A DNA stretch of 64,000 nt, from NCBI GenBank assembly GCA_963696385.1, contig CAVOKF010000004.1:640001-704000 (forward strand), read 5' to 3'. The translations under genes were made by a program, and so were the position numbers. This DNA comes from an uncultured delta proteobacterium. Lineage in GTDB: Bacteria; Myxococcota_A; Polyangia; Polyangiales; Polyangiaceae. The notes beneath the pieces are model-generated. The model had not been told where the DNA came from, searched no databases, and saw nothing but the letters and a program-made list of their open reading frames with translations. Below, piece by piece: positions 41,904-51,183 of this stretch; position 1 is the first letter of the stretch; every line of letters begins with the position of its first letter.

Positions 41904-43381
41904 AGGGGTTCTCTCGTGTCGGGGTTTCCGGCCCGGCAAAGTGTCGTGCGCGCGGACGCCGCCGCGCAACAGAGCGTGCCAATCACCATCATATAGTAAT
42001 TGCAAAATGCCTGTTTCGCAAATGCAAAGAAAATAGCGAGCACCAACGCAAACGCCGTCGCGAAGCCGGATGGCGTACGAGGAATGCGCACGAGCGCGAT
42101 GAGCGCTGACGGAACCAACACGAAGAAGCTCATCGACAACGGGAACATCGGTGTACCCGCGTGGTGGCTAGCCGACCAAGCCAGGTAGCTCAACGCGTCG
42201 GGGCGAAACGGCTGCTTGCCCTGAAAGGCCACGACGGAGTCGAAGAACGCCCTCGCGTTCCAGAGGACCCAAGGCACGACGATGATCGCCGCGATCAGTA
42301 AAGCCTCCACGACCAGGCGTACGCGTTGCCGGACGCTCGGGCGGTCCTGGAGCATGAACACGAACGGGACAGCGAAGATGGCGTATTGTTTGATACCGAG
42401 GAGCAGGCCCAAGGGGACGGCGATCAACCGAGGCGCGCGGCACGCCACAAAGACGGTCGCGGCGACAAACAGGACGACCTGCGGTTCGGTCCAACCTTGT
42501 TCCAGAACGAACAAGATGCGCGGCGAAAACCAAAAGATCGAGGCAGCCACCGTCGCGAGCCGTCCGGGGCGGGCGTATGCCATGAAAGCGCCGGCGAGGG
42601 CGGTCGAAGCCATATTGCTCAATCGATAATCGCCGAAACGGTCGCCGACCCAGCCAAGGATCAGGCTGAGGGGCGGATACGGGTAGCCGACCAATATGCG
42701 TCCGCCCCGGGCGAGCCCCGCCCCGTACCAATGAGCGGATCCGTAGATATTGGGCATCGTGATGGCATACGGATTGTGGCGTAGCGCCAGCGCTTTGAAG
42801 GCCTCGAAGTGCCACGCGAAAACGTCGATGAAGGGGGGCCGTGACGCTTCCAACGTCCGCCAGGCCAAAGTCAAGTGGATCGCCATCAGGATCGCGGGAA
42901 TGACCCGTTGAGCGGTACGTCCTGCGCAGATGGCGATGCCGACCAGCAGGGCCACCAGTGCGAGGCTGAATTGAACGTCGTGACCGCTCCAAAACGGCGT
43001 CCTCACGTAGATCCCCGGTGGCATTCCCACGAGGAGCGCCGTCTGCAGTGCAACGCCCAGCCCCAAAAGGCCGGCGATGGGGGTCACGCCCGAACGACGC
43101 GTCCTCGCCACGCGCGGGAGCATTGCGGCGGCGACCAAGGCGAAGAGGCCGACCGTCAGGTACTTGAGCGGCTCCGGTCCATACGCGCCGTTATCGAGCT
43201 CGAGCGCGTATCCGATGGAAATGGCCGAACCGCCGCATAGGAGCGGCACGATGAGGCCGTCGAATCGGTCCGACGTGACGACGGCGCGAATCGCACGGGC
43301 CGTCACGGAGTCGCGATGCGCCTCGCCGCCGCCCTCGTGAGCCGGTACGTTGGCGGCCAGGCGGACCATTCGCTTCAGCAC
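41900..43381 (-). CDS. Polytopic membrane protein, GT87-like (GT-C)
   Basis: IDV..HNPY, YPYPP, GDYR, GIKQY and FCNYY pattern, with many TM segments. Confidence 0.7.
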   Translation of the reverse strand: MLKRMVRLAANVPAHEGGGEAHRDSVTARAIRAVVTSDRFDGLIVPLLCGGSAISIGYALELDNGAYGPEPLKYLTVGLFALVAAAMLPRVARTRRSGVTPIAGLLGLGVALQTALLVGMPPGIYVRTPFWSGHDVQFSLALVALLVGIAICAGRTAQRVIPAILMAIHLTLAWRTLEASRPPFIDVFAWHFEAFKALALRHNPYAITMPNIYGSAHWYGAGLARGGRILVGYPYPPLSLILGWVGDRFGDYRLSNMASTALAGAFMAYARPGRLATVAASIFWFSPRILFVLEQGWTEPQVVLFVAATVFVACRAPRLIAVPLGLLLGIKQYAIFAVPFVFMLQDRPSVRQRVRLVVEALLIAAIIVVPWVLWNARAFFDSVVAFQGKQPFRPDALSYLAWSASHHAGTPMFPLSMSFFVLVPSALIALVRIPRTPSGFATAFALVLAIFFAFAKQAFCNYYMMVIGTLCCAAASARTTLCRAGNPDTREPL

Positions 43382-43527
43382 GCGCTCTAGCTGGCTCGAG
43401 GATGGCGCGTCAAGGGCGTGTGGCCGACGTGATGGGCACTCGAGCCGGCTCCGTCATCGATCGATCATGGTATGACGACGGCCGGTTTTTCAGGTGAAAG
43501 GCGGACGGCGGGCTCGAGCGGGACCCC

Positions 43528-44691
43528 CTACGGCCCATCGGTCGGCGGATGCACCCATTCGAGGTTTCCTTCGAGTCGTCTGCTCACCCATACGTGGTCG
43601 TGTGCGTCGACGATGACGGCGCCCACGCCGTCGAGCGATTCGACGAGCGCAAGGCCACGTTCCGGCCCGAGAATGAACACGGCGTCGTCGATTTCGTCGG
43701 CCAAAAGCGCCGTCGGCGCCCAGATCGTGACGCTCCGCGATGCGGTCGCGGGATAGCCGGTGTGCGGGTCGATGATATGGTGATAACGCTTGCCGCCGAC
43801 CGTATACGTGCGTTCGTAGTCGCCCGCCGTGCTGAACGCGTGATCGCTCACCGGCATCACGGCGAAGTAGTCCCCATCGGGTCCCCTCGGGTCGCGGATG
43901 CCCGCGTTCCACGCCGCCCCATCGGGCTTTTTGCCGCGTGTGTACAGATCGCCCCCCGCTTGCACGTAAAATGACGTCAGCCCGCCGTCCGACAAGACCT
44001 TGGACGCATGGTCCACGGCATAGCCCTTCGCGATCCCGCCCAGGCCGATCCGAACGTGCGCTTCGTCGAGGTAGACGGTATGCGTGGGGGCGTCGACCTT
44101 GACGTGCCGATACCCCACGTACTGGAGCCGCTCGCGGACTTGCTCGGGCGTTGGAGGGTGCGGGTCGAGATCCTGGTCGAATTTCCAGAGGCCGTGAAGT
44201 GTCTCGAACGTAATGTCGAATGCGCCTTGGCTCATCTCGCTGTCGCGCAGCGACTCGGCAACGACGTCGAACGTCTCCTGGCTCACCGCGACCGGATGCC
44301 TCCCGGCCGCGGCGTTGATGCGCGATACTTCGCTCTTGGGGTCCCAGGTCGTCATCAGCCTCTCGAGCCGTACGATCTCCGCCGTGGCCTCGTCGAACAG
44401 CGCGCGCGTGCGGCTCTCTCCGACCGTGGACGTCGTGTACGCGGCATAGGCGAGGTGGGTGCCCATCGCGCTGCCGCTGCCCGTCACTTTCGTCGCCGAG
44501 AACGAGGGGACGGGGCCGCCCCCCTGGTTTCTAGCCGAGGGCGCGAGCTCGCCTGCCGATTTCGCGGCCGATGACGACGAACGGGAGTCGACCGGTGTCG
44601 CCGAGGCCCCCGATCGCTCCGATGTCGAGTTGCGACAGGAGAACACGAGACCCGCCGCGATGAGCCAGGCGCGGGTCCAGAGCGACTTCAT
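43528..44691 (-). CDS. apbE: FAD:protein FMN transferase, lipoprotein
   Basis: AMGT, SEVSRIN, GAFDIT, LGGIAKGYAVD, STAGDYER and HHIIDP; lipobox VFSC. Confidence 0.93.
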   Translation of the reverse strand: MKSLWTRAWLIAAGLVFSCRNSTSERSGASATPVDSRSSSSAAKSAGELAPSARNQGGGPVPSFSATKVTGSGSAMGTHLAYAAYTTSTVGESRTRALFDEATAEIVRLERLMTTWDPKSEVSRINAAAGRHPVAVSQETFDVVAESLRDSEMSQGAFDITFETLHGLWKFDQDLDPHPPTPEQVRERLQYVGYRHVKVDAPTHTVYLDEAHVRIGLGGIAKGYAVDHASKVLSDGGLTSFYVQAGGDLYTRGKKPDGAAWNAGIRDPRGPDGDYFAVMPVSDHAFSTAGDYERTYTVGGKRYHHIIDPHTGYPATASRSVTIWAPTALLADEIDDAVFILGPERGLALVESLDGVGAVIVDAHDHVWVSRRLEGNLEWVHPPTDGP

Positions 44692-44808
44692 CGGTTTCCG
44701 CAGAGCCTAGCGCATTCGCCCATCGACGACGGCGCTCGGGCTCCTCCGATGGCCCGGGCTTCTGGCATTTGACGAACCCTCGAGTCGTGGGCAACTCTCT
44801 TCCGGATC

Positions 44809-45988
44809 ATGCCCCTTGCGCCTGAACTCGCTGCCGCGATCGATCGCGCCGTCGACGAATCTTCGGAGGACCTCGTCGCGCTTGCGCGGCGCATCCACGC
44901 TCACCCCGAGCTCCGCTTCGAGGAGCACAAAGCGAGCTCGTGGCTCAGCGAGTTCATGGCCGCCAGGGGCCACCGGGTCGAGCACGGCGTTGGCGGAATG
45001 GCCACCGCGCTGCGATCCCGCGCTGGAAAGCGGGGAGGTCCTTGCGCCGCCATCCTGGCGGAGTACGACGCGCTGCCCGGGGTCGGTCACGCGTGCGGCC
45101 ACAACCTGATCGCGGCCGGCGCCGTCGGGGCCTTCGTCGCGGCGGCGGCCGTGGCCGAGTCGGCCGGCGGCGAGATCGTTCTCTTGGGCACTCCCGCGGA
45201 GGAGGGGGGAGGCGGCAAAATCGAGATGATTAAGGCGGGCGTCTTCGACGGCGTCGATGCCGCCATGATGTTTCATCCCTTCGATCGCGATCTCGATCGC
45301 CCACCCGACCCTCGCGTCGCTCTGGCTCACCTTCGAGTTCCACGGGCACCCCTCGCACGCCGCGCTCGCACCGCACGACGGGCGAAGCGCTCTCACCGCG
45401 TGCCTCGACACATTCAGGTTGATCGACGGGCAGCGGCTCCACTTTCGCGACGGGGTGCGCGTGCACGGGTACGTGACCGACGGCGGCCAGGCGGTCAATA
45501 TCGTCCCCGAGCATGCGGCGTGCGAGTTCAGCGTGCGGGCGCGCGACGGGGTCGAGCTCGAACGCGTGCGCGGGATCGTCGAACGTTGCGCGAGAGGGGC
45601 CGCAACCGCCAGCGACGTGCGGGTGACGGTGAGCACGCGTCAAGGCTACCGCGACATGGTCAACAACCTGGCGCTCGCTCGCAGGTTCGGCGCCCATCTG
45701 GAGGCCCTTGGACGGCGGCCGCGCGAGCGTGATGATCGAATCGGCACGGGCAGCACGGACATGGGAGATGTCTCGCACGTGGTGCCCTCGATTCATCCAT
45801 GGTTGGCTATCGTCGACGAAGGTGCGGCCCTCTGCCATGAGCACAGCTTTGCGCAAGCCGCGGCGAGCGAGATGGGATGCGCCACGGCGATCGTCGCGGC
45901 GAAAGCGTTGGCGCGGACGGCAGTCGAGTTCCTGATGGAATCCGAGATGCGTGATGCGGTTATTGAGGAGTGGGATCGAGCACGCTGA
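44809..45988 (+). pseudogene. M20 family amidohydrolase with a +1 frameshift at ~45294 (pseudogene or assembly error)
   Basis: HPELRFEE, EYDALPGVGHACGHN and GTPAEEGGGGK are in one frame; GHPSHAA, NIVPE and GSTDMGDVS are in the next. Confidence 0.85.
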
Positions 45989-46589
45989 CGTCGATCCGGT
46001 GTCTCGCGGCCTGGTTGACCATCAAACTCACGAGGTCCGCCGCCCGCGCAACTTCGGGAAGTCGCTCGAAGGTTCCGTCCCAGAGCTCGAGGCCGATGCG
46101 ATCCCGGTCGACGACGACCCGAAGCACTTGGGGCCACCCCCAGCGGCGAGCGCGAGGAACACCGAGCGGCAACAAGGCTCGCACTTCGAGCCATTCTTCG
46201 CTGACGATCACTCCGCGCATCTGTGTGCGCAGCACGGTGGCGACGGCGCTCAGTACGATGATGGCCGCGAGGATGCTCGCCGGAACAGGTCGCCCTCGGT
46301 CGCCTTCGACGACCCACACGAATACGCGCGAGCTCGACGGCGCGTATCCGTACGCGTAAGAGACGACGGCGCCGAGCGCCAGTGCTCCGGCGAGGTACAA
46401 GGCCGACGGGATGCGCATCCGAAGGGGGGGCCCGAACTTGGATCGGCTCCGCGGATGGGCCGGCGGCGAGTACGTCATGTCGAAGCGAGCGACCGAACCA
46501 TTCACGTCGGTTACGCTGAGGCGGTCGCCCTCGCTCTCCGCGACGCCCGTCGGCACGGGCTCGCTCGGCGGCGGTGAAGCGGAGCTCAA
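45960..46589 (-). CDS. Hypothetical membrane protein (two TM segments plus a PH-like C-terminal region)
   Basis: Two hydrophobic segments then GVIVSEEWLEVR..RRWGWPQV. The start is uncertain (TTG 46589 or ATG 46478). Confidence 0.65.
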   Translation of the reverse strand: MSSASPPPSEPVPTGVAESEGDRLSVTDVNGSVARFDMTYSPPAHPRSRSKFGPPLRMRIPSALYLAGALALGAVVSYAYGYAPSSSRVFVWVVEGDRGRPVPASILAAIIVLSAVATVLRTQMRGVIVSEEWLEVRALLPLGVPRARRWGWPQVLRVVVDRDRIGLELWDGTFERLPEVARAADLVSLMVNQAARHRIDVSVLDPTPQ

Positions 46590-46660
46590 CGTACGGCACC
46601 CATCCCTGAGCGTAGTTTGCACGCGCTTCAGCGGGCGGGCCAGGGTTTACAAGGCGCCCC

Positions 46661-48007
46661 TCATCCGGATCGGCCCATCGGATTGCCCCCGCTGCGTCTG
46701 GCTTGTCCGTTGCGACGGTATTCGCGTAGGCTAGCCATCTCGCTCTTGCTGGGGTTGATGACGACGAGGCCGTGGTCGCCATCCAGGATCGCAACGTCGC
46801 CGTCGGATGCCCAACGAAACAGGCCTTGCACGTCGACGACGGCGGGCACTCCCATCAGTTTGAGCAGGGTTCGCGTCCTGGGCCCCGACGCGCGCTCGGT
46901 GAGCGCGATGCCGGCGGGCTGCGAGCGTGCGGCGACCAACAGATCGAAGACCGTGAGGCTATCGCCAAGAAGGATGGGTTTGCTCGGGACCGTTTGGCGC
47001 CTCTCGGCGCCGGTCAGAACGGTCAGCGCGTCGCACAAATCCTCGACATCGCGAGCGCGCTCTTCGAGATACGGGTCGCGCGTCAACGACGCCGCGGTGC
47101 GCGTGACGTCGCGCGCCACCTTGGAGAGCGCCTGTGCGACGCCGACGCCGCTTCCGGTGAGCTCCGTGACGCGCTCGCGAAAGCGCGCGTCCTCGAGAAT
47201 CTCGGCGTAGGTGCCCAAGAACTGCGACTCACTTCCGAGGCCGAGGGTGCGGGCCCGCTCGCGGAGTCCGCGGATGGCCTTGTCGACCGTATCGAACGCG
47301 CCACGGAGCAGCCGCACGTCGGCCGGCGCGTCCCGCTCCGTCGCGCGGTCGCCCGGCCGCGCCGAGGGTCGTCGCAGTGCGGCGACGGCCCCGAGCGCGC
47401 GTCCAACCATGGCGGGCCGTCCTGTCAGCGTCACCTTGCGGGTGCCGCCGGCCGTCCTGCGCGCGCGCTTTTCGCGGGCCTCGTCCACGAGCTCGGCGTG
47501 CCGAATGCCGGCGGCGATGAGTCCACCGATCACCGTGAGCAGTTCGACGTCTGGGTCGGTGAAAGGCGCACCGCGTCTCTGAACGACGAGCGCCCCGAGT
47601 GGGCCGACGATGCCGCGTACGGGCACGACCAGGAACACGGGGAAGCGTTCCTCGCGAAGCTCGGCGAAATGCTTGTACGCGGCGTGTTGCTCGGCCGTAT
47701 CAATCGAAATCGGGCGCATGTACTCGAGCGCTTCGCCGGTGATTCCTTCGCCGACACGCAATCGCACCTGTCCGATCGCGTCGTTGGTGAACCCGACGTT
47801 GCCGCGCATGACGAGCTCGCTCTTGTCTCCCTCGACGACGTAAAGCGAGCAAACGTCTGCCTCCAGCAGTGACGCGATGCGGCGCGGCGCCTCGTCGAGC
47901 AGGGTCAGCAGCGGCATCGGGCGCGCCGCGAACGCCACGAAGTCGAGCACTCCGTCGAGACGCCTGTTGCCGGGTGAGTGCACTCGCGGGCGCACACTGC
48001 GAACCAT
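46661..48007 (-). CDS. GAF + truncated PTS enzyme I-like protein (PtsP/EI-Ntr N-terminal half)
   Basis: PtsP-type GAF (VCSLY, LRVGEGITG, REERF), EI helical domain (DPYLEERARDVEDL) and swivel domain (ILDGDHGLVVINP); no PEP-binding barrel. Confidence 0.85.
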   Translation of the reverse strand: MVRSVRPRVHSPGNRRLDGVLDFVAFAARPMPLLTLLDEAPRRIASLLEADVCSLYVVEGDKSELVMRGNVGFTNDAIGQVRLRVGEGITGEALEYMRPISIDTAEQHAAYKHFAELREERFPVFLVVPVRGIVGPLGALVVQRRGAPFTDPDVELLTVIGGLIAAGIRHAELVDEAREKRARRTAGGTRKVTLTGRPAMVGRALGAVAALRRPSARPGDRATERDAPADVRLLRGAFDTVDKAIRGLRERARTLGLGSESQFLGTYAEILEDARFRERVTELTGSGVGVAQALSKVARDVTRTAASLTRDPYLEERARDVEDLCDALTVLTGAERRQTVPSKPILLGDSLTVFDLLVAARSQPAGIALTERASGPRTRTLLKLMGVPAVVDVQGLFRWASDGDVAILDGDHGLVVINPSKSEMASLREYRRNGQARRSGGNPMGRSG

Positions 48008-48117
48008 CCAACGAATTATGGCCGGGTACGCGGGTCTGCGTCCATGCCATCCGTGCGGCGGACGCCCGCCGCGGTCTTTTGCAGGGTGCCGGTGATTGGA
48101 TTAGCGTCAGGCGGATC

Positions 48118-48573
48118 ATGAGCTCAGCGGCCACCCCACCCCATCCGCTCAAACTCCGCTTCCCATCGGCGGAATGGTGCGTCGCCTACAAGGACGCGAT
48201 CAACGCGAACAACAGCTACAAAACGGCGGCGAAGGAGTGGACGTACGGGCCCGTCGCTTATGTCGTCACCGCCGAGCCGGCAATCGGCATCCCTGACGAC
48301 ATGGCCATGTGGCTCGACTTGAACCAGGGCGAATGCAGAAGTTGCCGGCTGGTGAGTCGACAGGAGGCCGACTCCGCGTCGTTCGTCATCGTCGCCTCCT
48401 ATGCCCGATGGAAGGAGGTCATTCGCAAGCAACTCGATCCGACCAAGGGGATGATGCAAAACAAGTTGAAGCTCACGAAGGGACACATGCCGACCATCGT
48501 GAAGTTCGTTACCTCGAACAAAGAGCTTGTCGAGTCGACCACGCGCGTGCCGACGCAGTTCGTCGACGAGTGA
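48118..48573 (+). CDS. SCP2 sterol/lipid-binding domain protein
   Basis: FPSAEW...IN, LDLNQGECR and LDPTKGMMQNKLKL fit the SCP2 pattern. Confidence 0.8.
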   Translation: MSSAATPPHPLKLRFPSAEWCVAYKDAINANNSYKTAAKEWTYGPVAYVVTAEPAIGIPDDMAMWLDLNQGECRSCRLVSRQEADSASFVIVASYARWKEVIRKQLDPTKGMMQNKLKLTKGHMPTIVKFVTSNKELVESTTRVPTQFVDE

Positions 48574-48623
48574 TCGAACGTCGAACTTGACCAAAGCGAC
48601 CGAGTTCTTCGATCATCGCAATC

Positions 48624-49349
48624 GTGAATTCAAAGTTGGCGCCTCCGGTCATCCTGGTCGCCGATGACGAGCCGACGATGCTCGAGCTCGTCGCCCGTCA
48701 TCTGCGATCCATCGTGCAACCGAAGATGGAGGTCATCGAGGCCTCCGACGGCGACGAGGCGTGGCGTCTCGCGCGAGAGCGCCTTCCCGATCTCGTCGTG
48801 CTCGACGTCATGATGCCTGGGATGAGCGGGTGGGAGGTCTGTCGGAAGATCCGTCAAGACGCCGCACTCGCACACACCGGCGTGCTGATGTTGACCGGGA
48901 TCGGCGAAACGTTGAACGAGGCGACCAGTCCGTTGTTCGGCGCGGACGAGTTCATCGACAAGCCGTTCGACTTCGAGAGGCTCGACGAGAAGGTGATGAG
49001 CGTTCTCGATCGTCGGGCCTCGCAGCGCGACGCCGTCCCGCGGTCGTTGTCGGATGCCGATGATCACCGGATCGGTACGCGCCCTGCGGCCGACGGCAAC
49101 GGCATCGGCGGTCCCGCGTGGCCCGCGCGGCCCCGTCCTCTAAAGGGTCACGCCGAAGCAAGACAGGGTTTGGCGTCCAGTAGGTCGGCGAAGCGGACCA
49201 GAAATCCAACGAAAGCCCCGAAAGGAGAGAAGAGCATGGCTGCGAAGAAGAGTGCAAAGAAGTCGGCCAAGAAAACGGCCAAGAAAACGGCAAAGAAGAC
49301 GGCCAAGAAGGCCGCCAAGAAAGTCGCAAAGAAGGGCAAAAAGAAGTAG
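48624..49349 (+). CDS. Response-regulator receiver protein; as assembled it reads into a Lys/Ala tail (it may really end near 49143)
   Basis: VADDE, LDVMMPGMSG, LTG and KPF. Confidence 0.85.
   Translation: MNSKLAPPVILVADDEPTMLELVARHLRSIVQPKMEVIEASDGDEAWRLARERLPDLVVLDVMMPGMSGWEVCRKIRQDAALAHTGVLMLTGIGETLNEATSPLFGADEFIDKPFDFERLDEKVMSVLDRRASQRDAVPRSLSDADDHRIGTRPAADGNGIGGPAWPARPRPLKGHAEARQGLASSRSAKRTRNPTKAPKGEKSMAAKKSAKKSAKKTAKKTAKKTAKKAAKKVAKKGKKK
49236..49349 (+). CDS. 37-aa histone H1-like Lys/Ala-rich peptide
   Basis: Strong RBS AAGGAG upstream of the ATG; MAAKKSAKKSAKKTAKKTAKKTAKKAAKKVAKKGKKK. Confidence 0.6.
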   Translation: MAAKKSAKKSAKKTAKKTAKKTAKKAAKKVAKKGKKK

Positions 49350-49385
49350 CGCCCGCCCTCCCGTGAGCGGTAGGCGGCCCTGCCC

Positions 49386-50309
49386 TCAAAGAGGGAGGGG
49401 AAACGCCTGTCGAAAGGCTCGCACCGTCTCGAGCTCGTCGTGGCCATGGAAGAAGCCCGTGTGCTCGCGAAATGCGCGCGCGTCGACGACAACCGGATAC
49501 TTCAGATGGGAGAGCGCGCCGATCGCCAGTTTCGGCAGTCCGAAGCGGCCTCGCCACGCCGTGGCCAAAAACTCCGGCAGCGCAACCGGCACCCGGCCGG
49601 CCTCCCGTACGAGGCTCGACAGCGGCAGGGCTTGCGGCCCTGCGACGTTGAATACTCCGCGTGGGCGTTTTGCGAGCGTCAGCGCAATCGCGTCGATGAA
49701 GTCGTCTTCGTGCAGGAACTGGAAGAGCGGGTCGAATCCGAAGACCAGCGGCACACGCCGCCCTGCGAGGAACGCCGCGAGCGTTCCATGGCCCGTGGGG
49801 CCGAGCGTGTAGCAAACCCGCAGTACCGTCGTCGTGACTTCTGGGAATCGCCAGAGGGCCATCGCCGCGTAAAGATCCGCTGCGACCAGGTCGGCCAGCT
49901 CGGGAAAGCGGTCGAGCTCCAACGGGGGCTCGTCCTCCGTATGAAACAGGGGCAAGTCGGGGCCTGCGCCGTAGAAGGTGTGCCGGCCGACGAACACGCA
50001 GTGTTCGACTCCGAAAGCTTGCGCGTGTTCGAAGACTGCACGCGTACCGCCGACGTTGATCTGCGATCGGTGCTCCTCCCCCGGAACCGCCAACGACGTG
50101 ACGGTGGCCATGTGCACGACCGCCTGCGGACGCCTTTTGCGGAAAACTTCCTCCGCAGCGCGCTTGCGCACGTCGACCTGGTAAAACTCGATGGGCGCCT
50201 CCGACCACGGACGACGATCGATGCCGATGACCTCGTGGCCTTCGCGAGTGAGACGCAGGGAGAGCTTTCGCCCCATCGCTCCTGCGGCGCCGGGGATGAG
50301 CACTTTCAC
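49386..50309 (-). CDS. NAD-dependent epimerase/dehydratase (extended SDR)
   Basis: GAAGAMG, VVHMA, INVGGT, DPLFQFLHEDD and GVFNVAG. Confidence 0.85.
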   Translation of the reverse strand: MKVLIPGAAGAMGRKLSLRLTREGHEVIGIDRRPWSEAPIEFYQVDVRKRAAEEVFRKRRPQAVVHMATVTSLAVPGEEHRSQINVGGTRAVFEHAQAFGVEHCVFVGRHTFYGAGPDLPLFHTEDEPPLELDRFPELADLVAADLYAAMALWRFPEVTTTVLRVCYTLGPTGHGTLAAFLAGRRVPLVFGFDPLFQFLHEDDFIDAIALTLAKRPRGVFNVAGPQALPLSSLVREAGRVPVALPEFLATAWRGRFGLPKLAIGALSHLKYPVVVDARAFREHTGFFHGHDELETVRAFRQAFPLPL

Positions 50310-51121
50310 GCCGACTCCCCAACGGGTTCGCCCCGCCGCCGCCGCGCCCCTCTGTCGAGCATCTCGAAAATAATCGATTTGACTTGGTCGACGTAGCCGG
50401 CAACCACGGCGTCGTCCTCGTTGCCCGTACCCTTGAAGTGAAGGGGAGCGCCGAATTCAATTTCCACCTTTACCGGAAGCGCGATAGGCAGTCCGTACGG
50501 CACGATCGGGACATACGGGATTCCTAGGACGCGCCCGAGCCGGTACGCGTTGGCGACGGTCGGAAACGCTTCGCTGGCGCCGAGCACCACGAACGGGACG
50601 ATCGGCGCCCGCGTCTTGAGTGCGAGGCGCACGAACCCAGACCCGAAGTGCACCAGGGAGTATCGATCGCGAAACAGTTTGGCCGTTCCGCGTGACCCTT
50701 CCGGGAAGACGAGCAAGAGGCGATCGTCGTTCAACAGGCGCTCGGCGTGCTCCGGCGATCCCGTGAATTGTCCCGTACGGCTCGCCCAAAGACTTGCGAC
50801 AGGAAAGCGGTTCACGAACCGCTCGACCATGCCCTGCGCGAGTCGTGGCGGGTCCGCCTCGAGAAGGCAGCAAGCGATGACCATCGCTGCGTCGATCGGA
50901 ATCCCGCCCGAGTGATTGCCGACCAACATCGCTCGGCCTCGTGGCGGGACGTGCTCGATGCCGCGCGCGCGAACCGAGAAGTAGTACCGGTAGGCGATCG
51001 CCAGCACCGTGAAAAATCGCCCAAGGTACCTTTTCGAGATGCCGTACGGATCGAGGCCGAGGGCGTTGAACGGAAGCTCGAGACGCTCGATGGCTTCGTG
51101 GACCTGGGATTCGATGCGCAA
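50306..51121 (-). CDS. Lysophospholipid acyltransferase (PlsC family)
   Basis: NHSG..ID, FPEG and APIVP motifs. Confidence 0.9.
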   Translation of the reverse strand: MRIESQVHEAIERLELPFNALGLDPYGISKRYLGRFFTVLAIAYRYYFSVRARGIEHVPPRGRAMLVGNHSGGIPIDAAMVIACCLLEADPPRLAQGMVERFVNRFPVASLWASRTGQFTGSPEHAERLLNDDRLLLVFPEGSRGTAKLFRDRYSLVHFGSGFVRLALKTRAPIVPFVVLGASEAFPTVANAYRLGRVLGIPYVPIVPYGLPIALPVKVEIEFGAPLHFKGTGNEDDAVVAGYVDQVKSIIFEMLDRGARRRRGEPVGESA

Positions 51122-51183
51122 GGCCGCGAGAGCATCCGGCCGCGCGCGCTCGCGCGCAAGCCGTCCGCCGAAGAGCCGGCGCC

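Noticed and set aside
44590..44625. SGAS in the ApbE N-terminal linker as a self-flavinylation site
   Set aside because: It lacks the upstream Asp of the DxxSGAT/S motif and lies in a low-complexity Ser/Ala linker.
46507..46617. Long imperfect hairpin (TACGCT...AGCGTA), considered as a 6S/SRP-like ncRNA
   Set aside because: No SRP or 6S signature motifs; the region is open in frame with the downstream gene and probably encodes its N-terminus.
49236..49349. Tandem 12-nt repeats as a CRISPR array or non-coding VNTR
   Set aside because: There are no spacers, and the variation is codon-structured, so the repeat is protein-coding.
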